Notes: generated from the sequence alone by a model not told the origin. Counted from the stretch's first letter, positions 17,376 through 27,403 are shown. The stretch is DNA of 64,000 bases from Gammaproteobacteria bacterium (GCA_965237805.1 OZ250153.1:480001-544000), one strand, 5' to 3'. Program-made: numbers and translations.

Positions 17376-18341
17376 ATGGCTGTTAATCTCGACAAACCTG
17401 CTCGATGGAAGGCTGATATCTTACGATCAGTCGATATGTACAACGCTTGGTTCATGCGATCCGCGCCGAAAGCATTCCGCAAGACGAGAACGCAGGCAAC
17501 CAGGGACGTTGAGGCAGCACTTCATGCGACTGGCAACCTCAGAGGGCTACAGCCCAGCTTGATCCGTGAACACCCGGAAATCTTACCCACATTACGCATG
17601 TCGGCTTGCCCACCACTCGCGGTCGACCGCCTCATCGGCCTCGCCGGGGTCTCCCCAAATCTCGTGCGTTGCATTGAGAAAAAGAAGCGTCTGCCAATGC
17701 GCATGGCACCGTCTGCTGTCGATGTCGAGCTCACCAAAATAGCGACCATTCTCACAAAGATGGCAGATCCAGATATTTTCACATGGCTCGATAATAAAAA
17801 GCTTGCGCCATCCAAAACTGCCGTACGCCGAGCCGCAACCATCATCGCGGATCGTCTCTGTGGTGCTGTCGCAAACCCTATCATCCGCAACGCCCAAGAG
17901 GAACGGCAACTCATCGTCATCCAGAAATGGCTTGAAACCCACAGTTATAAGAAACTTGTTAGGGGCGATGGTGTGGGATTTGATTCCATGCCCAAGGGAA
18001 GCTTTGGCTTTCACATGAATGTCCCCGGGCAGCTGGAGGATGGTGTGGGAAGTGTGAAGATTTCCATCGATTGCGTCGTCCAACCGAAAACTGTTCGGAA
18101 AGGAAAATTCCCAATTTTCTTTGAAGCAAAGTCGGCTGGTGATTTCACCAATACAAATAAGCGTCGCAAGGAAGAGGCGGTCAAAATGACACAACTTCGC
18201 AACGCCTATGGAAAGAAAGTGAAATTTTTCCTGTTCTTATGCGGCTACTTCAACAGTGGCTATCTCGGCTATGAAGCAGCCGAGGGAATTGACTGGGTTT
18301 GGGAACATCGTGTCGATGACTTGGCCAAGTGTGGTCTCTGA
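17376..18341 (+). CDS. XamI-family type II restriction endonuclease
   Basis: MAVNLDKP..WK.DI..SVDMYN.WFM N-terminus, PPLAVDRL, and a PD-(D/E)xK-like core ID...EAKSAGDFTNTNKRRKEEA. Adjacent to a methyltransferase. Confidence 0.82.
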   Translation: MAVNLDKPARWKADILRSVDMYNAWFMRSAPKAFRKTRTQATRDVEAALHATGNLRGLQPSLIREHPEILPTLRMSACPPLAVDRLIGLAGVSPNLVRCIEKKKRLPMRMAPSAVDVELTKIATILTKMADPDIFTWLDNKKLAPSKTAVRRAATIIADRLCGAVANPIIRNAQEERQLIVIQKWLETHSYKKLVRGDGVGFDSMPKGSFGFHMNVPGQLEDGVGSVKISIDCVVQPKTVRKGKFPIFFEAKSAGDFTNTNKRRKEEAVKMTQLRNAYGKKVKFFLFLCGYFNSGYLGYEAAEGIDWVWEHRVDDLAKCGL

Positions 18342-18344
18342 AAT

Positions 18345-19910
18345 ATGAATGGCTCTATTGACGCAGTTGAACAGAAGCGCCTCGCGCTACAGCTGGTGCT
18401 CGACAACCAAAAAACTCCATCTGAGCGCAATAGGCTGGGACAGTTTTCCACACCACCAACACTGGCAGAGGATATTCTCCGCAGTGCTGCATCGCTGCTC
18501 CCCGCCGATACCAAAATCCACTTCCTCGACCCTGCCATCGGCACAGGGTCGTTTTACTCAGCGCTCCTCAAAGTATCTCCCAAACCACGCATCAGCGAGG
18601 CACTCGGCTTCGAGATTGACCCGCACTATAGTGAGCCCAGCACCAAACTCTGGCAGCAACACGGCCTGGTGTTGCGGCTGTCGGACTTCACGCAAGCTGA
18701 ACCAGATCGGCGTTTCAATCTTGTCATCTGCAACCCACCGTACGTGCGCCATCACCACTTGCGGAACGACGACAAGTGTCGTATGCGACTTCGCACACAG
18801 CAGACGAGCGGAATGCAACTGAGTGGCTTGGCTGGTCTCTATTGCCACTTCCTAGGGATTGCTCATTCCTGGATGGCTACTGACGGCATAGCAGCATGGC
18901 TGCTCCCGAGTGAGTTCATGGATGTGAACTACGGCCAAGCCGTAAAACAATATCTTCTGGACCGCGTCACACTCCTGCATATTCACCGCTTCGACCCACA
19001 AGATGCCCAGTTCACCGATGCCATTGTTTCTTCCGCTATCGTGTTATTCCGCAACACCCCACCACCCACCAAACACAAGGTCCTCTTTTCTTTTGGCGGT
19101 ACGCTGCTTAAACCGAAAGTCGCACGCCATATCCCAGCGCACACCCTAGCGTATGCGTCTAAGTGGACACACTTCCCGGCCAGCGCGGTGCGCAAGCGCC
19201 CCCACACTCTGACACTTAGCGACTTCTTCCAGATCAAGCGTGGGCTTGTGACGGGTAACAACAAGTTCTTTATCTTGCCAGAGGAAACAATCTTGGCTCG
19301 GAACCTGCCGCTGGAGGTTTTTACTCCCATCCTGCCAAGTCCGCGTCACCTCCAGCAAAACGAAGTCCGATCCCGCCAAGACGGATCACCTGATATTGCG
19401 CCACGTTTGTTTCTCCTCGACACCAAGAAAACGCATGAGGAAATCTGTGCTCATTATCCCACTCTCTCCACCTACCTCGCAGAGGGTCGGGAAAAAGGCA
19501 TCTGCAAACGCTATCTATGTAGCCGCCGTTCGCCGTGGTATAGCCAAGAGCACCGGCCAGCAGCTCCTATTGTGTGCACCTACTTTGGGCGTTGCGGAAC
19601 CAAGGCTGGCCGTCCTTTCAGATTTATACTGAATGAGTCTCGCGCGACCGTGGCAAATGTTTATCTCGCCATGTACCCCAAACTGGCGCTGAGCCGGATA
19701 TTGGAGAAAGATGTAACTTTGATGCGTCATATCTGGACCAAGCTCAACCAGATTGAGGTTGCGGAACTCCTGGGCGAAGGACGAGTTTACGGTGGCGGAT
19801 TACACAAATTAGAACCACGGGAGCTGGGGCATATCCCTGCGACATTTCTGGCCGATCTGCTGCCATCCTCCTCTTTTCAACTGAAATCCCAGCAGGTCAG
19901 TCTTTTTTAA
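18345..19910 (+). CDS. N6-adenine DNA methyltransferase (gamma class), cognate of the XamI-like nuclease
   Basis: GQFSTP, motif I FLDPAIGTGSF, motif IV ICNPPY and C-terminal GRVYGGGLHKLEP. Confidence 0.88.
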   Translation: MNGSIDAVEQKRLALQLVLDNQKTPSERNRLGQFSTPPTLAEDILRSAASLLPADTKIHFLDPAIGTGSFYSALLKVSPKPRISEALGFEIDPHYSEPSTKLWQQHGLVLRLSDFTQAEPDRRFNLVICNPPYVRHHHLRNDDKCRMRLRTQQTSGMQLSGLAGLYCHFLGIAHSWMATDGIAAWLLPSEFMDVNYGQAVKQYLLDRVTLLHIHRFDPQDAQFTDAIVSSAIVLFRNTPPPTKHKVLFSFGGTLLKPKVARHIPAHTLAYASKWTHFPASAVRKRPHTLTLSDFFQIKRGLVTGNNKFFILPEETILARNLPLEVFTPILPSPRHLQQNEVRSRQDGSPDIAPRLFLLDTKKTHEEICAHYPTLSTYLAEGREKGICKRYLCSRRSPWYSQEHRPAAPIVCTYFGRCGTKAGRPFRFILNESRATVANVYLAMYPKLALSRILEKDVTLMRHIWTKLNQIEVAELLGEGRVYGGGLHKLEPRELGHIPATFLADLLPSSSFQLKSQQVSLF

Positions 19911-20084
19911 AGGCGGCAGCTCACTTCACTGTGAGTCACATCCCAGACTTCCCAAACGTACAAGCGCTGAGCGGGGAGCCGCGATACGCTCAGCCCCTCA
20001 CTTACTTCACCACCGCCCAATAGCACTCGTAGCATTCGCTGGCAGCTTGTTTGGACGAGTTGTTCGAATCCCCGGAAAAGATCT

Positions 20085-20912
20085 ATGAACAATATCCTGT
20101 TAACCGCCGCCATCATCAGCTTTGTTTCCGTCTGCTTAACGCTGACAATCCGCATGCGGTCAATAGCAAAAGAATTTAAATATAAAACAAATTTCCCACC
20201 CTATGTCTGGTACCGTGGAGCAGCGTATAAAAAATGCGACCTGAGCATGGATGATGATCTCTTCACCTATATAGGGTCATATGCAGGAATTGTGCTGCTA
20301 TTCTCTGCTCTAGAGTATATTGTAGAAGGCGATGTCGGCCAAATAGAACAAGTGCAATTATTGGGAATGGGGGGGGCTTTCCTTGGGCTTATTGTGGGTG
20401 GTTTTGTATTCAAGATGATCGGCCTACTCGCAAGCACTATTTGGGCCAACTTCGTTTTATACCGCACCAAAAATCCAGTTTCTTTGACCGGCACTATGAT
20501 AGTTTGGATGGCGGCATTCGAAATGTTAGGGGCATATATTGGTTTATTAACTGGGCTAATATCAGCGATATTATATTTCTCTCTAGCATGGTTTGAAATT
20601 AATATATATAAAGCTATCATTCTATCAGCACCCCTCATTGCGATCACCGCTTACAGCCTCTACAGAAAACCCTTTGTTGAAAAAGGAAATGCCAATTATT
20701 TTCTGAATGATATCGCACAAAGGCTAGGGGACAAGTATCAACTAACCGCATGCATGGAATGTCCAGAAACTTTTGCAACAGAACTCTTGCCAGAAATCGT
20801 TGAACCCGCCAAACCAATTGATCTAGGGAAAAGACAACCGTTCGGGAAAACTCCCATCCTTATCGAATCGCGTGACGAACGTTTCAAACCTGCTAATAAG
20901 GCCGATAATTGA
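20085..20912 (+). CDS. AT-rich hypothetical multi-pass membrane protein
   Basis: 275-aa ORF with several hydrophobic segments and clearly lower GC than the flanks; no recognised motif. Confidence 0.6.
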   Translation: MNNILLTAAIISFVSVCLTLTIRMRSIAKEFKYKTNFPPYVWYRGAAYKKCDLSMDDDLFTYIGSYAGIVLLFSALEYIVEGDVGQIEQVQLLGMGGAFLGLIVGGFVFKMIGLLASTIWANFVLYRTKNPVSLTGTMIVWMAAFEMLGAYIGLLTGLISAILYFSLAWFEINIYKAIILSAPLIAITAYSLYRKPFVEKGNANYFLNDIAQRLGDKYQLTACMECPETFATELLPEIVEPAKPIDLGKRQPFGKTPILIESRDERFKPANKADN

Positions 20913-21096
20913 TCTGGCAGAGGGACCGATCCTTTCAGGGTCGCAGGTCATCTAAGCACGGATCTACGCCCGACAATATCACCGCAAGGTGGGGTATGTT
21001 GCAGGATGCAAGCATACCGGACACAACTGACACACCAGCTATAATGCAGAATCGATCTCCCCGCCACCAACTCGGCCACAAGGAGCGTCACCAGCC

Positions 21097-21981
21097 ATGG
21101 ATAACCCCCTCGGCAAACTCGGTGTCTGGTCTTTTATCGACCACCTGACAGCGCCCGACGCGGTGGCCTTCGCCCGCCAAGTCGAGGATTGGGGCTACCC
21201 CACGCTGTGGCTGCCGGAAGCGGTGGGACGAGACCCCTTCGCGATCATCGTCCACCTCGCCGCACATACCGAGCAGCTGGTCTTTGCCACCGGTATCGCC
21301 AACATCTACGCCCGCGATGCCATGACCATGAACGCCATCCACAAAAGTGTCAGCGAGCTGGCCCCCGGGCGCTTCGTGCTCGGCCTCGGCGTCTCGCACG
21401 CGCCGATGGTCACGGATCTGCGCGGGCATGAATACGGCAAACCGGTCTCGACGATGCGCCGCTATCTGGAGCAGATGGAGCAAGCCATGTACTTCGCCCC
21501 GCAGCCCGAGCAGCCCGCGCCCATCGTGTTGGCTGCGCTGCGCACCAATATGCTCAAGCTGGCGGCCGAGAAAACCGCTGGCTGCCACCCCTATTTCGTG
21601 CCGCCAGAACACACCGCACGCGCCCGCCAGACCCTCGGCCCGGATGCATGGCTGTGCCCGGAGCAGATGGCCATGCTGGAGAGCGACCCGGCGACGGCGC
21701 GGGCGGCGGCGCGCAAGCAGATCAGCGTCTATGTGCAGCTGCCCAACTACCGCAACAACCTGCTGGAGCTGGGCTTCGCCAGCGAGGACTTCGAAGACGG
21801 CGGCAGCGACAAGCTGGTAGATGCCATCGTCGTCTGGGGCGACGAGCGCGCCATCCGCGAGCGTCTGCAAGCACACTGGGATGCTGGTGCCGACCATGTC
21901 TGCGTACAGGCGCTGCGCAAGGACGGCAAAACGGGTGTGGATACCGAGCTGCTGGCGCTGCTGGCACCCGGGCGGGGTTGA
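21097..21981 (+). CDS. LLM-class (probable F420-dependent, MSMEG_4141-like) oxidoreductase
   Basis: WLPEAVGRDP, ATGIANIYAR, GRFVLGLGVSH, HPYFVPPEHT and AGADHVCVQ motifs; AAGGAG RBS. Confidence 0.85.
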   Translation: MDNPLGKLGVWSFIDHLTAPDAVAFARQVEDWGYPTLWLPEAVGRDPFAIIVHLAAHTEQLVFATGIANIYARDAMTMNAIHKSVSELAPGRFVLGLGVSHAPMVTDLRGHEYGKPVSTMRRYLEQMEQAMYFAPQPEQPAPIVLAALRTNMLKLAAEKTAGCHPYFVPPEHTARARQTLGPDAWLCPEQMAMLESDPATARAAARKQISVYVQLPNYRNNLLELGFASEDFEDGGSDKLVDAIVVWGDERAIRERLQAHWDAGADHVCVQALRKDGKTGVDTELLALLAPGRG

Positions 21982-22058
21982 TTGATGAAGCGGATCAATG
22001 GCAAGCGCACCACCATACCCACCTTTGCCCCTGCCCCCACGGGCGGCAGCTGCGGCAA

Positions 22059-22087
22059 TTGACACCCCCCAATCACCCCGCTATAGT
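22059..22087 (+). promoter_or_regulatory. Putative sigma70 promoter for the amidohydrolase-SDR-Rieske-ADC operon
   Basis: TTGACA (22059-22064), 17-nt spacer, TATAGT (22082-22087). Confidence 0.7.
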
Positions 22088-22297
22088 GTGAGATTACCTT
22101 GGTTCCAAGCGACGAAAACTGATACCGATCCCGGTCGCCTTAGACAGCCATGACCATCCTTTACCGCATCCTACACCTCTGCCTATTGGTAGCCATTTTC
22201 ATCCGTCTCGGTTGACAAAACCGCCACATCGGGAGCACACCATGAGCGATTTTTACCTTAATTGCCAACAGTGCCGTCATTGGCTGTAGCAACACCC

Positions 22298-23530
22298 ATG
22301 GAAAAATACATCGTCGTCTCATCGGACTGCCACGCTGGCCTGCCGATACAACAGTACCGCGACTATATCGACCCCAAATACCGGAAGACGCTGGACGAGT
22401 CCGCCCCGATTGAGATAGCTCTCTCCGAGCGCGCCTCTGAGAGCTTCCTGATCAAAGACATCAACGAGCAATGGCGCAAGGGCATCGAGACCGCGCTCAC
22501 TGGCGCTTGGGATCACAATGAGCGCATCAAGGTGCTCGATCGCGACGGTATCGCCGTCGAAGTGGTATTCCCGGACGGCATCACCGAGATCAACATGCCT
22601 CCTTTCGGTGCTGGCATTGGCTTGGACACAAACGAGGACATCGTGCCAGAACTGCAGTGGGCCGGTGCGCGAGCGCACAACCGCTGGCTGGCAGAGCTGT
22701 GCTCACAATCGCCAGAACGCCACATCGGCCTCGCCATCGTGCCGGTGTGCTGGGACATCGACGACGCAATCGCCGAGGCACGCTGGGCCCATGAGAACGG
22801 CCTCAAGGGTGTGCTGCTACCGCTGATGACGCGCCATCACCACGGCTACAACCACCGCAGCTATCACCCCTTCTGGCAGGTCTGCGAAGATCTCGGCTTG
22901 GTCGTGCACTTCCATTCCGGTGCCGCCCCCCGCGAGCAGTACTTCGGGCCACAGTGGCCAGAAGTCGCCGACCCGGACTGCGTTGGTGCCATCGGCACCT
23001 ATGTCACCGAAGTGCTGTGGTGGACCTACCGCCCATTGCATTTCTTGATCTGGGGCGGAGTCTTCGAGACTTTCCCCAAACTGAAGGTCGCCATCACCGA
23101 AACCGGCACTGGCTGGATGGTGCCACCGTGGCTGCGGCTGATGGATCACCATTACCACGACACTAAGTTCTCGAAAAAAATGGGCGATTTCACCTCCCAT
23201 CTGTCGCTCTCCCCCTCCGAATACTTCCGTCGCAATGTCGCCATCGGTGCCAGCTGCACCTCCCGCGCCGATGCCGAGATACGCCACGAGATTGGCTTGG
23301 AGCAGATGATGTGGGGCAGCGATTACCCGCATCCAGAGGGGAGTTGGCCGCACACCCACGACCAGATGATCAGTGCTTTCAACGGCCTGCCGGACAACGA
23401 GATCGCGCTGATGCTGGGCGAGAACGCCGTGCGCTTCTACGGCTTGGACAGGGCGGCCCTGCAACCGGTGGTCGATCGCATCGGCCCCGACAAGGCAGAC
23501 TTCTCGCCAGCTCCAAACGCTGGGCACTAA
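22298..23530 (+). CDS. Amidohydrolase_2 family metallo-hydrolase
   Basis: VVSSDCHAG, AHNRWLAE, HFHSG and WGSDYPHPEG motifs. Start at MEKYIVV. Confidence 0.88.
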   Translation: MEKYIVVSSDCHAGLPIQQYRDYIDPKYRKTLDESAPIEIALSERASESFLIKDINEQWRKGIETALTGAWDHNERIKVLDRDGIAVEVVFPDGITEINMPPFGAGIGLDTNEDIVPELQWAGARAHNRWLAELCSQSPERHIGLAIVPVCWDIDDAIAEARWAHENGLKGVLLPLMTRHHHGYNHRSYHPFWQVCEDLGLVVHFHSGAAPREQYFGPQWPEVADPDCVGAIGTYVTEVLWWTYRPLHFLIWGGVFETFPKLKVAITETGTGWMVPPWLRLMDHHYHDTKFSKKMGDFTSHLSLSPSEYFRRNVAIGASCTSRADAEIRHEIGLEQMMWGSDYPHPEGSWPHTHDQMISAFNGLPDNEIALMLGENAVRFYGLDRAALQPVVDRIGPDKADFSPAPNAGH

Positions 23531-23560
23531 ACACCCCCACCACTTGAGCATAGCGCGGCG

Positions 23561-24451
23561 ATGAGCGAAGACTATTTCAGCGGCAAGGTCGCTGTGATCA
23601 CTGGTGGTGCCAGCGGCGTCGGTCGCTCGCTGGCCTTTGCGCTGGGTCGGCGCGGCGCGGCGGTGGCGATCGGTGATGTCGATGACTCGGCGCTGGCCGA
23701 AACCGAAGCGGCACTGCGCGCTGAGGGGATCCCCGTATTGGCGCAACGCTGCGATGTCACTTCCCCCGACAGCCTCAAAGCGATGGCCGAGGCCACCCTC
23801 GCCACGCATGACAGCGGCATTGATATCGTCTTCGCCAACGCCGGCATCTCCGCTGGCGAGACCGGCAAGATGTGGGAATATTCAATGCACGATTGGAATT
23901 GGTGCCTGAATGTCAATATGTGGGGGCCGATCCACTGCATCAACGCCTTCATGCCCATCCTGATCGCCCAGGATCGTCCGGCCCACTTCTCCATCACCGG
24001 CTCGGGCAACGGCGCATTCCTCGTCTTGCCAGACGCGCCGATCTACACCATTAGCAAGGCCGCTATACACGCCCTCACCGAGGGCTTGCACTATCAGTGC
24101 ATGGACACCAAAGTGCAAGTGCACGCGCTGTTTCCGGGGCCGCATGTGGTCGATACCGGCCTGTTCAACTCGAGCCGGGTGCGCCCGACGGAGTTTGCCA
24201 AAACCGGTAGCGCCGACAAAAATGAAAGCGGCATCAGCTCGCTGGCAGATATGAAGCGTGTGATGGCGGAGCACGGCATCGAGCTGGAGAGCACGCACCC
24301 GGACGAAGTGGCCGCCAATGTCCTGCGCTGTATGGAGCGCGGTGACTTCTGGATGCTGGAGACGACAGAGGAGTCGGAAGCGAAGCTCGAGCGGCGCTAC
24401 CAGATGATCATGCACAAACAAAACCCAACACCAGAAATGGTGGGCAACTAG
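23561..24451 (+). CDS. SDR oxidoreductase
   Basis: TGGASGVG, FANAG and YTISK (YxxxK). Confidence 0.9.
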   Translation: MSEDYFSGKVAVITGGASGVGRSLAFALGRRGAAVAIGDVDDSALAETEAALRAEGIPVLAQRCDVTSPDSLKAMAEATLATHDSGIDIVFANAGISAGETGKMWEYSMHDWNWCLNVNMWGPIHCINAFMPILIAQDRPAHFSITGSGNGAFLVLPDAPIYTISKAAIHALTEGLHYQCMDTKVQVHALFPGPHVVDTGLFNSSRVRPTEFAKTGSADKNESGISSLADMKRVMAEHGIELESTHPDEVAANVLRCMERGDFWMLETTEESEAKLERRYQMIMHKQNPTPEMVGN

Positions 24452-24495
24452 TGTCTCACCCCCAAAAAACCAAACAGAGTCACAAGGATCCCGCA

Positions 24496-25614
24496 ATGGC
24501 AACAGCAAAGGCAAAATCAAAAGAGCACAACATCGCACCGAGGGCGGAGGACGTCTTGAGGCCCCGCCCGGTGGGTGAAATGCTGTTCGCACCAGAGCAG
24601 GGCATCGGGCCAGCGGTCGAGAGGATCGATACCACAACGGTCGGCAATCGCGCACCGCGCTATGAGATGCCGATGCCGCTGGGCTGGTTCTGCGTCGCCT
24701 ACAGCGATGAACTCAAGCCCGGCGCAGTCGTGCCGCTACGCTATTTCGGCGAAGACTTGGTGATGTTCCGCAGCGAATCCGGAGTGGCGCATGTCATGGA
24801 TGCCTTCTGCCCACACTTGGGCGCACACTTGGGCTACGGCGGCAGCGTCCATGGCGAATCCATCGCCTGCCCATTCCACGGCTGGCGCTTCAACGGCGAC
24901 GGCGAGTGTGTCGAGGTCCCCTACGCCTCGCGCAAACCGACCAAGGTGGCCAAGGGGCAGTGCATTTACAGCTACCCGACCGTAGAGCGCAACCGCATGA
25001 TCTGGGCCTGGTACCACCCGCACCGCGCCGAGCCGAGCTTTGAGGTCGAAGAAGTCACCGAGACCACCGACCCGAAATGGACGGAGTACGATCGCTTTGA
25101 ATGGAGCATCAACACGGTGCTCCAAGAGGCCGGAGAAAACGGTGTCGACACCGCGCACTTTGTCTATGTGCACTCGTCCGCAAAAATGCCCAGAGGCACG
25201 GTCACGCTGGATGGCCCTCGGCGCTGCACCGATGTCATCTCGAATAACGCGCCGATCGACGAGCAGGGCCAACGCGATTTCGACAATATCACGCCCATCC
25301 ACCTGCTGACCAAAAACTGCGGCCCCGGCCAGACCATGCAGTGGTTCGGCTACCAATGTGATACGGTGATGCTCGGCGCTGTGACCCCGATAGACCACGA
25401 GCACATCCACCTACGCTTCGCCTTCACCCAACCCAAAGACCAGTTGGAAGCCCACCGGGTGCTGGCCAAAGGCATCATCAATAATGTCGTGGAGCAGGTC
25501 GGCCAAGACATCCCGATCTGGGAGCACAAGAAATACCAGCACCAACCGGCATTGTGCGACGGCGACGGGCCGGTTGCCCAGTACCGCAAATGGTTCAAAC
25601 AGTTCTACGCCTGA
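24496..25614 (+). CDS. Rieske [2Fe-2S] oxygenase, KshA/Neverland-like
   Basis: Rieske ligands CPHLG...CPFHGW; mononuclear Fe motif ENGVDTAHFVYVH; C-terminal QDIPIWEHK...LCDGDGP..YRKW..QFY. Confidence 0.88.
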   Translation: MATAKAKSKEHNIAPRAEDVLRPRPVGEMLFAPEQGIGPAVERIDTTTVGNRAPRYEMPMPLGWFCVAYSDELKPGAVVPLRYFGEDLVMFRSESGVAHVMDAFCPHLGAHLGYGGSVHGESIACPFHGWRFNGDGECVEVPYASRKPTKVAKGQCIYSYPTVERNRMIWAWYHPHRAEPSFEVEEVTETTDPKWTEYDRFEWSINTVLQEAGENGVDTAHFVYVHSSAKMPRGTVTLDGPRRCTDVISNNAPIDEQGQRDFDNITPIHLLTKNCGPGQTMQWFGYQCDTVMLGAVTPIDHEHIHLRFAFTQPKDQLEAHRVLAKGIINNVVEQVGQDIPIWEHKKYQHQPALCDGDGPVAQYRKWFKQFYA

Positions 25615-25681
25615 TCCGCCACCACCACAGCGCATCGCGCAAGCCCAACCCTCCCCAAAAACACCACGGAAGGAATACACC

Positions 25682-26482
25682 ATGTCGGACCCCAACAACC
25701 CACAAATCACCCCCGGAGAGATCAGCAATTGGCCGATGCTGAAGATCAAATACCCCACCGACCCGGCCAAGCTAGCCGCCTTGTTGCCCCCCGGCATCGA
25801 GCCCGGCACCGAGCCCAATGTGACCCTGACCATCTACAACTTCCCGGTCAACAACGAGCCGGAGTTCGGCATCGTTACGACCGTCGATGCCGATTACGAC
25901 GGCATGGCGGGTCAGTATGCGCTGGGCTACGGCATCGACCAAGAAGCCGCCATCTTCACCAGCCAACAGCGCAACGGACAGCCCAAGTTCCCGTGCGACA
26001 CCACCTATTACCGCTTTGGCGACCAAGTCGAGGCCAAGTGCTGCCACCACGGCTACACCTTCGTCGAGTTCAGCGGCCAGGCGACCACCGTCGAGGAGAA
26101 TCCGGCGCAGTACGAAGAGAATGAGTGGTGGATCAAGGTATCGCTGGCCGCCGGTATGATGCCGACCGAAGCCTACGACTACCCGCCGCATGTCGTGCGG
26201 GTGCGCAGCGTCTACGGCACAGCTCGTTACGAGCGCGTCGCGGGCACACTGAAGCTAGGTGACAGCCCGTGGGACCCCATCCTCGAGCGGCTGCCGATGC
26301 AGGCACCGGCCGCCGCCCACCTGTGGACACCGATCTTCATGGATCGCGACATCACCACTGCGGGCAAATTGGATCCGGCAGCTTTCCGGCCCTACGCCGA
26401 TGTGATCAGCGGTTCCCGCTGGCCCGGCGCGAACGGCGGGCCGCAAGCGGCTGCGATAGAGGCGGTGAGAAAAGCCGCCTGA
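25682..26482 (+). CDS. Acetoacetate decarboxylase (ADC)-like family protein
   Basis: YPTDP..LAALLPPG, GQPK (Schiff-base Lys position) and L.DSPWDP..LP motifs. Start follows a GGAAGGA RBS. Confidence 0.75.
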   Translation: MSDPNNPQITPGEISNWPMLKIKYPTDPAKLAALLPPGIEPGTEPNVTLTIYNFPVNNEPEFGIVTTVDADYDGMAGQYALGYGIDQEAAIFTSQQRNGQPKFPCDTTYYRFGDQVEAKCCHHGYTFVEFSGQATTVEENPAQYEENEWWIKVSLAAGMMPTEAYDYPPHVVRVRSVYGTARYERVAGTLKLGDSPWDPILERLPMQAPAAAHLWTPIFMDRDITTAGKLDPAAFRPYADVISGSRWPGANGGPQAAAIEAVRKAA

Positions 26483-26580
26483 GCCGCCCCAATGGCTTGG
26501 CACTGGCGAGAGCTGGTGCCGAGCTTGTTAGGGAAATCGCGATTTCCCCGACCACACAGCAGCCCAAACAGCTGCTTCGC

Positions 26581-27378
26581 TCAGAGCGGCTCCGTCGGCG
26601 AGCTGATGGCGGTGGTCTCGACGCCGCCGTCGATGGGCAGAATCTTGCCAGTGACCCATGAGGCGGCTGGGGAGCATAAATAGAGCGCCCCGGCGGCGAT
26701 GTCCTCGACCTGCCCCACGCGTCCCATCGGCGTGCCACTAAGCAGCTGCTGGCGGATCGCATCGTTGGTCAATACCACCGACAGCGCATCGGTGCCGATG
26801 GCACCGACCGAAATCACATTGACCCGCACTTTGGGTGCGAATTCCAAAGCCAGATTGCGCGTCATCATATTCATCCCGGCCTTGGCTGCACCGTAGGCGA
26901 CGAAGGACTGCATCGCCACCTGGCTGGCGCGAGAGGAGATGTTGACGATGGCACCGCCGCCCGCTGTCGCCACCATCTTCGGTGCAAGCAATGTGCTCAG
27001 CAGGAAAGCAGAACTCAGGTTTAATCGCAGCACAAGCTCAAAATACTCTTCGGTGGTCTGCAAAGCCGCGGTCGGTATAGCGCCGCCGGCATTGTTGACC
27101 AGCAAATCGATGCGGCCAAACTCGGCCAGTGTTCGATCCACCAGATGTTCCAGCTGCTCGTGCTCTGTCACATCGCAGAACACGGCCAAGCCGCGCTGGC
27201 CACGCTCGACCACAGCCGCCGCTGTGGCATCGAGATCGCTCTGCCTTGGCGCGCCGGAACACACTACATCGGCCCCGGCCTCAGCAAAGGCCAGCGCGAT
27301 GCCGCGACCGATGCCCCGGCCTGAACCGGTGACGATGGCGACTTTATCGCTGAGTTTGAAGCGCTCCAGGATGCTCAA
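26581..27378 (-). CDS. SDR oxidoreductase (7-alpha-HSDH-like), tandem copy 2
   Basis: TGSGRGIG, NNAGG and YGAAK; close paralog of 27404-28198. Confidence 0.88.
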   Translation of the reverse strand: MSILERFKLSDKVAIVTGSGRGIGRGIALAFAEAGADVVCSGAPRQSDLDATAAAVVERGQRGLAVFCDVTEHEQLEHLVDRTLAEFGRIDLLVNNAGGAIPTAALQTTEEYFELVLRLNLSSAFLLSTLLAPKMVATAGGGAIVNISSRASQVAMQSFVAYGAAKAGMNMMTRNLALEFAPKVRVNVISVGAIGTDALSVVLTNDAIRQQLLSGTPMGRVGQVEDIAAGALYLCSPAASWVTGKILPIDGGVETTAISSPTEPL

Positions 27379-27403
27379 TGTGCTCGATTCCCACTGCTCA
27401 CTC

